From: Eubacteriales bacterium | Lineage (GTDB): Bacteria; Bacillota; Clostridia; Oscillospirales; CAG-272 | Direction: 5' to 3' | NCBI GenBank assembly: GCA_045589735.1 | Contig: JAZNPQ010000009.1 | Location: 1 to 42,339, forward strand | DNA length: 42,339 nt | In this document: piece after piece, positions 1-8,958 of the stretch | How the letters are laid out: each line of letters opens with the position of its first letter | Position numbering within the stretch: the stretch's first letter is position 1 | The notes under the pieces: model-generated | The model's input: only the letters and a program-made list of their open reading frames with translations | The model's database searches: none | Told to the model about the DNA's origin: nothing | Made by a program: the position numbers and the translations under genes

Positions 1-280
1 GAATGGCAACACACGAGCCGCGACTGCGGGAGCGAGAAGGCAGGGCGCCGATGCTGACTTCACTTTTTTGAAAGCCTCCGACCCTGCCGCGCAAAGCTCT
101 GTATAGAAATTCAACGGTTGCGACCGAGCAACCGTTGAAAGATAACCAAAAACCTAAGACATACCCCTTGTTTGAAGTTTTTTGAAGTTTCTTAAGGAAC
201 TTTTTGCAAAAAGTTCCTTAAGTGGGGTGTGGGGTGAAACCCCACATAAAGAATCAACCCACCGACAAATCAAAATTTGA
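1..280. mobile_element. MITE-like hairpin-array element, copy A (left part runs off the window)
   Basis: Right terminus caccgacaaatcaaaatttga (260-280) matches the termini of copies B and D. The interior shares modules with B and C: gagccgcgactgcg at 14-27, hairpin caacggttgc/gcaaccgttg at 112-137, a perfect 32-bp palindrome at 191-222 and a GGGG/CCCC hairpin. Confidence 0.7.
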
Positions 281-291
281 AGGGAAATTAC

Positions 292-885
292 TTAGAAAAT
301 CCCCTCAATGCTTTCAAGGATTTTAAAGCGGAGCTTGTACTTTGGGTCATCGGTCTCGGTGATTATTTTGTATTGCTCGGACGAAAGACCGACCTCAATA
401 AAGGCTTGCTCCGCGCCCTTTGCGCTTGAAAGGCAAAGCGTCGGAAAAAGCACGCACCACCAATTTTTACCGTCTGCGTCGCCTATTTTTATTTGAAGAG
501 AAGAGTATTCGCCGGCGGGAAAGCAGGCGGCTTCATAGCTTTTCGTGGGGTATTCTTCCTCACCGAGATATACCGAAACGGGATAATTGTATCCGTTTTC
601 CCGCACAGCTTTTTCTGCGACCGCCTGAATTTTGTCAAGCGACCCGTCTATTGCGGAAAGCGCAGCACCCTTGTCATTGCAATCCTCAAGCAGTGAGGGC
701 ATTTCGGCAAGTACAGCGTCACGAACCTTTAATTTTAAGGCTTGGTCGGTGTCGCTGTCGGAGTTCGCGATAACGTGAAGCCTTACGACACTGTCGTAAA
801 TTTGTTCCTCGCCGTGAACCGGAAGATAAGAGAGCAGCGAGATACACGCCGCAAAAACCAGAATGAGAATAAGTATTTTTTTCAT
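292..885 (-). CDS. spoIIR: Stage II sporulation protein R (SpoIIR)
   Basis: 197 aa with a signal peptide. Carries the SpoIIR signature VRLHVIANSDSDTDQALKLKVRDAVL. Confidence 0.85.
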   Translation of the reverse strand: MKKILILILVFAACISLLSYLPVHGEEQIYDSVVRLHVIANSDSDTDQALKLKVRDAVLAEMPSLLEDCNDKGAALSAIDGSLDKIQAVAEKAVRENGYNYPVSVYLGEEEYPTKSYEAACFPAGEYSSLQIKIGDADGKNWWCVLFPTLCLSSAKGAEQAFIEVGLSSEQYKIITETDDPKYKLRFKILESIEGIF

Positions 886-981
886 TTTTTTCCCCTTTCG
901 TAAAAAATATTACGCTTATATGGTGGACGCAAGAGCGAAAAAATATTCAATACAATAAACGGTTGATAATAAATTTGTAAG

Positions 982-1693
982 TCGAATTTTGATTTATCTG
1001 TGAGATTATGTGGGGCTCTGCCCCATACCCCGCCTAAGAAACTTTTTGCAAAAAGTTTCTTAGGAATCTTCAAAAAACTTCAAACAAGGGATATATTTTA
1101 ATTGTTTGTTTATCTTTCAACGGTTGCTCGAGCGCAACCGTTGAATTTTTGTACGGTTATTTGCGCGTCGAGGTCGAAAGTCTTACTTAAAGTAAAGTAC
1201 GGTTGCGGCGCCTCTGACTATCGGATATGCGCTTCGCGCAAATCCTGTTGAGTTTGCGCAAGGCGCAAACATCTCTCTGCCGCAGTCGCGGCTCGTGTGT
1301 TACCGTTCAGACACACTCACGACGCGACATTACGAAAATATTATTCAATCTAATTTATTGATTTTTGTTTTATTTTACTCTTTAATGTCGCGCAGTGAGA
1401 ACGCCGCAATGGCGAGCGTTTGAGCCCGCGACTGCGTTAGCGACGAGGAGTGCGCGTCGGTTGAAGATGTTGCTTTAAGGTGAATGCGCGCACTCCGTGA
1501 TAAGCTACGTGCTATCCCTCGCCGACCGCGTCCGAGCGGTCGCTGAAAGGTGAATAAATACCTTGAATAAACCATTTGATTTTGAAAGTTTTTGAAGATT
1601 CTTAAGGAACTTTTTTCCAAAAAGTTCCTTAAGTGGGGCGTGGGGCAACGCCCCACTTAAAAAACGAAACTCACCTATAAATCCCAATTTGTT
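982..1693. mobile_element. MITE-like hairpin-array element, copy B (complete, 712 bp)
   Basis: Termini are tcgaattttgatttatctgtg (982-1002) and cacctataaatcccaatttgtt (1672-1693). Read inward they fit CAAATTnnGATTTnnnGGTG. Two roughly 330-bp quasi-inverted arms surround an AT-rich centre. No credible ORF. Confidence 0.75.
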
Positions 1694-1710
1694 GGAGTAT
1701 TCAAGTTATA

Positions 1711-1740
1711 AAAAACAGACCGAAAAATATCGGTCTGTAA
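1711..1740 (-). terminator. Intrinsic terminator downstream of queT
   Basis: Hairpin cagaccg-aaaaata-cggtctg followed by a T-run on the minus strand. Confidence 0.7.
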
Positions 1741-1743
1741 TTT

Positions 1744-2244
1744 TTATTTAAATATCCGTTCTCTATACGGTTCAATCGCAAGAAGGAGCAGCATTCCAAG
1801 TACGCCCGCCGAGATAAGCTCGCCGATTCCGACGGTCAGCATCAAAAAGCCTATTCCATCTGGGAGGCTGTACGCGTATTTCAGCACAAACGGAATTATC
1901 AGCGTGTTTGATACGATAGGAGGCAGCGCAGCCAGAAATTTTCCTATCTTTATATTTCTCAAAAGATAAGTACCGACCGCACCGATAAGTGTCGCAAGCG
2001 TTCCGAAAATTATATCGAACGGACTTGTTCCCGCAACCGTGAGGTTTGAGATCAAACATCCGAGCGTCACTCCGGGGATCGCCGCAGGTGTAAAATACGG
2101 AAGTATGCATAGTGCTTCCGAGAATCTGCACTGTATCGCTCCCGACGAAAGTCCGAGCAAACTTGAAAGCATCGTCAGCGCAACGTACAGCGCGGCAATT
2201 ACAGCCGCCTTGCAGAGATAGAGAACCCTTTTTTTGCTTTTCAT
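1744..2244 (-). CDS. queT: QueT-family queuosine-precursor transporter (ECF S component)
   Basis: 166-aa polytopic membrane protein with RFSEALCILPYFTPAAIPG. A preQ1-I riboswitch lies directly upstream. Confidence 0.8.
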   Translation of the reverse strand: MKSKKRVLYLCKAAVIAALYVALTMLSSLLGLSSGAIQCRFSEALCILPYFTPAAIPGVTLGCLISNLTVAGTSPFDIIFGTLATLIGAVGTYLLRNIKIGKFLAALPPIVSNTLIIPFVLKYAYSLPDGIGFLMLTVGIGELISAGVLGMLLLLAIEPYRERIFK

Positions 2245-2251
2245 TTTGTTT

Positions 2252-2298
2252 TTCTCCTTAGTTTTTATTTAGGTGAGGATGGTTTCGAACTCACCGTT
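2252..2298 (-). promoter_or_regulatory. preQ1-I riboswitch
   Basis: The minus strand reads GGTGAG-TTCGAAACCATC-CTCACC-TAAATAAAAACTAAGGAG. This is a P1 hairpin plus an A-rich tail ending in the RBS, as in the B. subtilis queC aptamer (AGAGGUUCUAGCUACACCCUCUAUAAAAAACUAAGG). Confidence 0.8.
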
Positions 2299-2312
2299 AT
2301 TTAATTAAAAGA

Positions 2313-4127
2313 TTAAATCATAGAAAGTATCGCTTTTTTTACGTCACCGTACATATAAAGCGAGCCGAGTGCGATTATCGGTCTGCCTGTCTTATTTGCC
2401 CGTTTGAGTGCAGCTTCGACAGATTTTTTTATATCATCGTTTCCTTCTGCGTATATTCCACATTTTTTAAACTCTTCCGCATAAGAGACTGCGTCAAGCG
2501 AACGGGGATTATCGGGTTTCAAGGTAAACGCCGACTCGGCAATGACAGACAACTCACGCGCCATATCGGCGTAGTCCTTATCCTTCATAACACCGCTGAG
2601 CAGAATGACATTTTGATCTCCGAAAAGCTTTTTCACGCAATCGACCGCCGCCGCAATTCCCTCTGGATTATGCGAGCCGTCGATTATCACGAGCGGAGAA
2701 TCCGAAAGCTTTTCGAATCTTCCCTTCCATTCGGCGTTTCGAAGGCCCGTGACAAGTGCGTTTTCGTCGATATCAAGTCCTCTCTTACGCAAAATATCCA
2801 CAGCGCATATAACGTTCGCGGCATTGTGAGGCTGATAAGTTCCGAGTAATTTTATAGAATATTCTTTTCCGCACAGCTTAAAGACTGTTCCGCAAAGGTC
2901 AGTCTTTATTATTTCAAGCTCACTCTGCGGTGTTACAAAAAATTCCGAGCCTTTTTCCAGCGCGACCGTTTTTATTACCTCTGCGGCAGTATCATCCGTT
3001 CCGCCGTACAGTACAGGTGCGCCGTTTTTGATTATTCCCGCCTTTTCTGCGGCAATTTCGGCAACCGTATTTCCGAGAAACGCCGTATGGTCAAGTGAAA
3101 TCCCTGTTATTACCGACATTATCGGTTCTTTTATTATATTCGTTGCGTCAAGTCTGCCTCCCATACCGACCTCAAGCACAACGGGATCACAGGAATTACG
3201 CTCAAACGCCACCATCGCGACCGCAGTTATAAGCTCAAATTCGGTTGGCGCGTCCTCCATTTTATCGGCAAATTCACGCACATACGACGTAATCTCAGAC
3301 AGTTCAGTGTCTGATATGGGAGTTCCGTTTATTGTAATTCTTTCGTTGAACCGTTCAATATAAGGTGAGGTGTAAAGTCCTGTTTTATATCCCGCCTCAC
3401 GTAAAACCGAATCGCACATAGAGCAGAACGAGCCCTTGCCGTTCGTACCCGCGACGTGTATAAATCTAAGTCTATCCTGAGGGTCACCGAGCAGATGCAA
3501 CAGCTCGGTGATACGCTCAAGTCCCGGGCGGCTTCCCGTCCAGCTTACCTTATGTATATATGAAAGTGTTTCCTTGTAATTCATACGTTTGGAATTCCAG
3601 CCGAGGATCTTTCTGCAGCTTCGGTTTTTATATAAAAGGCATATAAGCACTATCTCGATAGGTGCAACGGCAAATAAATAAAGCGGTATTCTCCAAAGGA
3701 TCGACCAGTGATAAAAAGTAAAAAGACCTACTGATTTTATTATCACAGAGCCGAAAAGATGAGCAAATATACCCGAAACTATTATCTGCTTGTATCCGTT
3801 TTCTTTTATTATGAATTTTGACACGACACCCGGAATTACGCCCACAATAGCAGCACCAAACGTGACTATGAGGTTAGGCGGATAGACCTGAGGAGATAGC
3901 AGATAGCTTATAAGATCCGACGCAGCACCTATCATAGCTCCTCCGACAGGTCCTAAGATCATACCCGAAATTATTATCGGCAGATGCTCAAAGGTCACTC
4001 TGAACAGTCCCGCACCGAAATTTAAATAGCTTTTACAAAAAATACCGATAACGACGCTCATAGACGTAAGCATTGCGGCAAGCGTCAGCATTTTGATGCT
4101 TTTAAAGACAAACGAATGTTTTTTCAT
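2313..4127 (-). CDS. folC: Fusion of a folate ECF S component (FolT-like, N-terminal ~180 aa) with folylpolyglutamate/dihydrofolate synthase (FolC)
   Basis: One uninterrupted 604-aa ORF. The N-terminus is a membrane domain (RVTFEHLPIIISGMILGPVGGAMIGAASD). From MNYKETLSYI onward it is typical FolC (HVAGTNGKGS P-loop). The internal ATG has no good RBS. Confidence 0.8.
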   Translation of the reverse strand: MKKHSFVFKSIKMLTLAAMLTSMSVVIGIFCKSYLNFGAGLFRVTFEHLPIIISGMILGPVGGAMIGAASDLISYLLSPQVYPPNLIVTFGAAIVGVIPGVVSKFIIKENGYKQIIVSGIFAHLFGSVIIKSVGLFTFYHWSILWRIPLYLFAVAPIEIVLICLLYKNRSCRKILGWNSKRMNYKETLSYIHKVSWTGSRPGLERITELLHLLGDPQDRLRFIHVAGTNGKGSFCSMCDSVLREAGYKTGLYTSPYIERFNERITINGTPISDTELSEITSYVREFADKMEDAPTEFELITAVAMVAFERNSCDPVVLEVGMGGRLDATNIIKEPIMSVITGISLDHTAFLGNTVAEIAAEKAGIIKNGAPVLYGGTDDTAAEVIKTVALEKGSEFFVTPQSELEIIKTDLCGTVFKLCGKEYSIKLLGTYQPHNAANVICAVDILRKRGLDIDENALVTGLRNAEWKGRFEKLSDSPLVIIDGSHNPEGIAAAVDCVKKLFGDQNVILLSGVMKDKDYADMARELSVIAESAFTLKPDNPRSLDAVSYAEEFKKCGIYAEGNDDIKKSVEAALKRANKTGRPIIALGSLYMYGDVKKAILSMI

Positions 4128-4215
4128 ATAAAAATCCTCCTTTTCCCATACTCATATGGCAAAAAAGGAGGTAAATGTGCGTTATTCGCTACAGTTTGCC
4201 GTGACAAATTGCCGT

Positions 4216-4310
4216 ACAAAGCGGGATGCAGGCAACCGACCGCGCTACGCTTCGTCCGAATGACAACTCCCCGTCCACTCGTCACTTAACGCCGACTGCC
4301 TTACTCTTTT
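4216..4310 (-). promoter_or_regulatory. THF-I riboswitch
   Basis: The minus strand reads AGAGTAAGGCAGTCGGCGTTAAGTGACGAGTGGACGGGGAGTTGTCATTCGGACGAAGCGTAGCGCGGTCGGTTGCCTGCATCCCGCTTTG. This closely parallels the E. siraeum THF aptamer (GAGUAG..GCGUUAAGUG..GGGAUGUCGUCAC..ACGAAGCG..AGCGCGGU..UGCAUCCGCUC). A TATAAT box lies just upstream. An anti-SD segment (tacctcctttttt) lies downstream, opposite the RBS. Confidence 0.85.
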
Positions 4311-4429
4311 ACGAGTATATTATACCACACACAGGCAAAATGTCAATAGCGTTTTTCTGTTTTTTGGGGTTTTTTAAATATTTCACCATAAGCTCCCGCG
4401 GCGGCGGAGACCGCCGCGGGGTGGGAGAT

Positions 4430-5092
4430 TTATTGTGTGCTCTCTTGATTTATTATTTTTCTCACAGAAATACAGTACTCCGTATATTGTTGCAGTATGC
4501 TAAAATCGGGATCTTTTGTCAATACCAATTGAAAGTATAAATTTTCATTGATGACAACAACATATAAATGTGAATATTTCTCATGACAGAACAGTTCCGG
4601 TATATTCTCATGAGGCTTGTATGCGGCTTTATTGGGATCATAAGCCGAATCTGACATATTTAGATAAATAGCTTCACTCGAACCTTCAGAACGAGGTATT
4701 GATATTTCAAAGCTGCCGTACTCATTATCCCAATTTTTTTCTTTATATTCTTCATAAACATCAGGTGATAATTCGCGCATCCGATATGCTATATAGTTTA
4801 TCTTGAAAGGAAATTCCGAGAAAACCGTTTTTAAAATTTCTTTGCTTATATTCCCTCCCATAAATTCACAATCTTCGGGACATTGAGCAATTATCTCATC
4901 AATTGATGCTCCGGATATGGATGGCTGTATATAATCAACCCAGTCCTCGACGCTTGGTATCGTGCGGTTAGTTGTATCGGCTGTAGAATCCTGAAAGCAG
5001 TTTGTTGATTCTCTTTCATCCGTGTCACAGGATACAAACACTATTAAGAATATTAACAGAGCACACATCGAAACTAAAAAGATTTTTTTCAT
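4430..5092 (-). CDS. Hypothetical lipoprotein
   Basis: 220 aa. Signal peptide with a lipobox-like FVSC. RBS agagg. Starts 14 bp after the stop of the upstream gene. I recognise no family. Confidence 0.6.
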   Translation of the reverse strand: MKKIFLVSMCALLIFLIVFVSCDTDERESTNCFQDSTADTTNRTIPSVEDWVDYIQPSISGASIDEIIAQCPEDCEFMGGNISKEILKTVFSEFPFKINYIAYRMRELSPDVYEEYKEKNWDNEYGSFEISIPRSEGSSEAIYLNMSDSAYDPNKAAYKPHENIPELFCHEKYSHLYVVVINENLYFQLVLTKDPDFSILQQYTEYCISVRKIINQESTQ

Positions 5093-5106
5093 AAATGTCT
5101 ACCTCT

Positions 5107-8100
5107 TTAATATTTGTTTTTATTGGCGGCAATAGTATTGATACAGTTCTGACACCAATATGTACTGGGATCATTGATATCAACAGGGGCATATCTTTGT
5201 GGATCATTTTCCATAATACAAGTAATATCATCACTTGCTGCGTGATGCCCTATTATGCCATAAGTGTGTGATAATTCATGTGCCAAAACCAGCACGCATC
5301 TTTGCAGATTGTCGCTGTTTTGGCCATCTCTCATTGATATTATCGGATAATCATAATCTGACAATCCTGCTGTAGCGTAATTATGTCCATTAGAATCGCA
5401 CATACAAGAATAATGTCCGGTATATCCTATTCTGATAGTATTTGATGGGATTCCCACTATCAAATCGTTCCTATGTCTAATCATACTTTTGCAATGTGTA
5501 TCGTATTCAAATCCGTTCGTGGTATTATTTGTGTATGGAGAATGCCAATATTCCAATAAGCATTCATCGTCTGATATACAAGTACAAGGATTGTTTATTC
5601 CTGTGCTGGGACAGTTATCGGCAGCAGAAGTATAGTTAACCGCTACCGTTTGATTTGAAATTAAATGTATTCCGTGTATTTCTTCAAAAGCTGCCGCAAC
5701 TTTGGGGAAATATACATTTAAAATATTAGAAGAAATACGCGCTTTTGTAGTGACATCATCTTCTGTACCGATTTTATTTCTCGTAATAAATCCGTTATCA
5801 TAAAAGAAATCCACATAGACACTATACGGAATATCGACTGTTATGATATAATACCATATCCAAGGTGCATTTTGATATGTTATTCCTATTTTGAATTGCC
5901 CTGGCTTTAGTATTGTTAACAATCCCGTTTCACTGTTTATTGTTGCCTTATCTGTTGTATTATAATCGACACTTTTTACAGAGAATGTAACTGGACCATT
6001 TCTGCCAATAGTTGAACTATACATACCCGCCGAACAATAGTAAGAATTTCCGACCGATAGGGTTGCTGAAAAAGCATTTAAAAACGTGCCATCAATTGCC
6101 TCTCCGGTATAAGGTTCAAGAATCCATTTTCCGTAGCTGTTTGTTGCGGTAGGATTTGTAACCACCGCCGAGCCGTTTGTTGAATTTGACGGTGCAGTAA
6201 TGTAATTTCCGATATCATCAATTCCGTTTCGTATAGTATAATAATTTCCGGACACAGATATTATCCAAGACTGTCTGAATGCTATATCCGGAATTGCTTC
6301 GGTAAGTGAAATGCCCTCTGTAACAAGCGGAACTGAATTTCCTGACAGCGAGGATGTAATTCCTTGTCCCGAATTTGTCATTGGACGGATACTGTAGTGA
6401 TGCATATTATCAAACGTGTCAAGGTAGGTTAGCTTAAATAGCTGATTCCTGTTATTATCTGTCGCTGTTCCCGACCATTGCTGTATTGTGGTTCCGCTTG
6501 CCGTGTTTCCGTCGGTAACGTCAAGATACAGTCCGTTTGCTACGTTTTTGATCTTATATACTCCGTTCGCTATTCTCGGTTCTGTATAGGTTATGGTAAA
6601 ATACGGTCTGTAACTTGCCGATGATTCGTAAGAATTTAGTATAACGGACGCATTTGATCCCATCATATATTTTATGGCGATACCATAGTGATTATTTTCG
6701 GGTAAAGTGAAATATCCGTACCACGATTCGGCAGCATCTGTTATATCAAAGCTTATCCACTTAGGAGATGTTGAGTACGCACCCTCACTTCCTGATAGTA
6801 CAGCAGCCGACAGCAAAGTCGTTGACATGCTGAGGTTTGGCTCTTGATTTGCCCAATACCAAGTAAGAGTATTTTCGCCCCAAGCAGTTGTTACTTGGTA
6901 AGCTCCTGCAGAAATATATCCGGAAGTTACGTTGCTATAATAATAATATGACATATTAAGATTTACGGAAACAAGATCTGCATATGTAGGAAGTTCATAA
7001 TTATACATTTTTATAAAAATCGTCCTTGTGGAAGATAGCCATAGGGTTGTTGAGTTTCCGTAATTTTCTCCTACATTTTGCGAATCTACATAGGTATCTG
7101 CCGAACCTGAATTTTGTATAGTCGGATCTATTACGACAGGAAACGCTCTATCATCGCTGTTTATCCAATCTTTATCTGCCGTCACTGTGAGAATATATTT
7201 GTCTTCACCAGAAGATACAAGAGTATAACTTACATCATATGAAAAATTATGCTCGGCATCGTACATATACGGGGCGGGAATGCTGTATTTTTCTTCATTG
7301 CTTTCGGCATCAATTATGCTTATACTTCCATTCTCGTTCAGTATAGCATACAGTCCTGACAAAGTTATTTCAAATTTGTAAACATAGCTGCTCTCAGGGG
7401 CTTTTACGATTATGTTTTCCTTAACATCGTTACCGCTCAATACATATTCGATATCTGTATTACTTCTTACATTAGAATATGTTACGAAGGAATCATTGTT
7501 TACAAGCTTTGCTTCTTCTATTGTATCCCATAATATTTTTTCGTTTCTTGGCGTAGCATTATTGACCGAAGTGACCGCCTCAGATTCCGAATCGACAGTA
7601 GAATTTGTTGACAGTTCGGGAGTTATCGGAGTTATTTCCGATATAGTATCGTCAACAAAGGCCATTGATATTGAATATCCGTTTTCGTTTAAATTCCAGA
7701 GAGTGCTATTTGGCTTATATGTTTTGGAAAATGACACTCTAAGATCGTCAGTCACGTACATGGAATTATTTTTGACTGTTGACAAAGTAAGGGTATTGTC
7801 AATATCCTGCCATTTTCCGTTACTATCTTTTCTGTGAACGGCAGAGCTGTATATAATAGCTTGTACCGTTCCGTCGGGCATTATAAAATGCTTGACGTTT
7901 TCTTCTCTTCGCGAGGTCATTTCACGTATAGTCTCGTTTTGTTCAACATAGTCCTCCTTCGGTTGAATAGAATCGAACATTATTTCAGGGATGTTAGTGT
8001 TGGGAACTGTTGAAATCTCATTGCTTTGTGTAGCTGCTTGCGTGTCCGTCATATCTTGCGCTATTGCAGTTACGGGCATTGCCGTTAATACAAAAATAAC

Positions 8101-8142
8101 ACTGAGAATGATCGCGACAGTCTTTAAATACATCTTTTTCAT
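5107..8142 (-). CDS. Large secreted multidomain protein: DNRLRE-like domain, ricin-type beta-trefoil lectin, Ig-like domain and a C-terminal metzincin-like Zn peptidase
   Basis: 1011 aa with a signal peptide and a strong RBS (aaggagg). QxW lectin motif (TIQQWSG..NQLFKL). Zn-binding-like motif HELSHTYGIIGHH followed by CIME. Confidence 0.7.
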   Translation of the reverse strand: MKKMYLKTVAIILSVIFVLTAMPVTAIAQDMTDTQAATQSNEISTVPNTNIPEIMFDSIQPKEDYVEQNETIREMTSRREENVKHFIMPDGTVQAIIYSSAVHRKDSNGKWQDIDNTLTLSTVKNNSMYVTDDLRVSFSKTYKPNSTLWNLNENGYSISMAFVDDTISEITPITPELSTNSTVDSESEAVTSVNNATPRNEKILWDTIEEAKLVNNDSFVTYSNVRSNTDIEYVLSGNDVKENIIVKAPESSYVYKFEITLSGLYAILNENGSISIIDAESNEEKYSIPAPYMYDAEHNFSYDVSYTLVSSGEDKYILTVTADKDWINSDDRAFPVVIDPTIQNSGSADTYVDSQNVGENYGNSTTLWLSSTRTIFIKMYNYELPTYADLVSVNLNMSYYYYSNVTSGYISAGAYQVTTAWGENTLTWYWANQEPNLSMSTTLLSAAVLSGSEGAYSTSPKWISFDITDAAESWYGYFTLPENNHYGIAIKYMMGSNASVILNSYESSASYRPYFTITYTEPRIANGVYKIKNVANGLYLDVTDGNTASGTTIQQWSGTATDNNRNQLFKLTYLDTFDNMHHYSIRPMTNSGQGITSSLSGNSVPLVTEGISLTEAIPDIAFRQSWIISVSGNYYTIRNGIDDIGNYITAPSNSTNGSAVVTNPTATNSYGKWILEPYTGEAIDGTFLNAFSATLSVGNSYYCSAGMYSSTIGRNGPVTFSVKSVDYNTTDKATINSETGLLTILKPGQFKIGITYQNAPWIWYYIITVDIPYSVYVDFFYDNGFITRNKIGTEDDVTTKARISSNILNVYFPKVAAAFEEIHGIHLISNQTVAVNYTSAADNCPSTGINNPCTCISDDECLLEYWHSPYTNNTTNGFEYDTHCKSMIRHRNDLIVGIPSNTIRIGYTGHYSCMCDSNGHNYATAGLSDYDYPIISMRDGQNSDNLQRCVLVLAHELSHTYGIIGHHAASDDITCIMENDPQRYAPVDINDPSTYWCQNCINTIAANKNKY

Positions 8143-8461
8143 AATTTCCTCCTTAATAGACGTTTGTCGTGGTCGTTTATTGTGTTTTTTGTTCCTGCGC
8201 CGCGTATCGAAACAGCTTTTAATGCCTCGACAGGCGGCGTTTTATTTGTGTGTTCATAGTTATCTCCGCCTTTCTTTCGTGTTTTTCATAAAAAAGCACA
8301 CAGATGCCCTATAAGGTTTCTGTGTGCCGTTGGTTATTATATTTTATGTCTCTATTACCGCCGGCACGTATGTCGGGTGAGGTGTTGTCTCTTCTTTTGA
8401 CTTATTTTAGCATAATAAGGAATTTTTGTCAATATATTTTCGCATAAAAAATCTGAAAAAT

Positions 8462-8854
8462 TTATTTTTTCGGATTTTCAATCATATAAACGCTCTGATC
8501 GTCTATATTTATGTCGGGCAAAAATATCGGCGGTATATTTGCGCTGACGCTTATCGACGTCACAATAGCCTTAACGCGCGGGAACAGTATCTTATAAGTT
8601 GTCTTGTGAATATCGTCCTTCGGCGAATCGTCCTCACTTATAAAATCACCGACGACCTTGACCTTCAGTTTGAAGCTTTCGGGGTCTTGCTTATTAAATA
8701 TCTCGGAAACCATTTCGCCGCGGCAAAGTCGGTTCTGCGAAAAGCCGAGATTATACGAGCAACGGCTTGTCAGCTCAAATCGCTCCGTCTTTTTTAAATT
8801 ATTTTCAAAAACTATTTCGGTTGCCGAATAGTTGAGTAATCTTACCTTTGCCAT
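8462..8854 (-). CDS. SecB-like chaperone family protein
   Basis: 130 aa. The C-terminal segment ILFPRVKAIVTSISVSANIPPIFLPDINI resembles the SecB LFPYAREaIs..gFPPl.L.PiNF region. Confidence 0.5.
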   Translation of the reverse strand: MAKVRLLNYSATEIVFENNLKKTERFELTSRCSYNLGFSQNRLCRGEMVSEIFNKQDPESFKLKVKVVGDFISEDDSPKDDIHKTTYKILFPRVKAIVTSISVSANIPPIFLPDINIDDQSVYMIENPKK

Positions 8855-8958
8855 ACCGTTATTCCCCTTTTGACATCTTACTTCACAATATTATATCATA
8901 CCGCGAACGAAAAAGCAACAGAAATAATGAGGCGGAATAGTCTTAACGCCGCCGCTGA

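Noticed and set aside
1375-1656. 93-aa ORF inside element copy B. It shares a C-terminal ..AIAAFSLRD.KE peptide with the 70-aa ORF at 9119-9331.
   Set aside because: The shared peptide is only the translation of the repeated DNA core, read on opposite strands of inverted copies. The ORFs have no RBS and run through palindromic hairpins, and their frames are not maintained across copies.
8143-8461. Possible riboswitch in the long 5' region of the 1011-aa gene
   Set aside because: I could identify only a terminator for the upstream gene and a simple ggcgg/ccgcc hairpin. There is no match to any aptamer I know.
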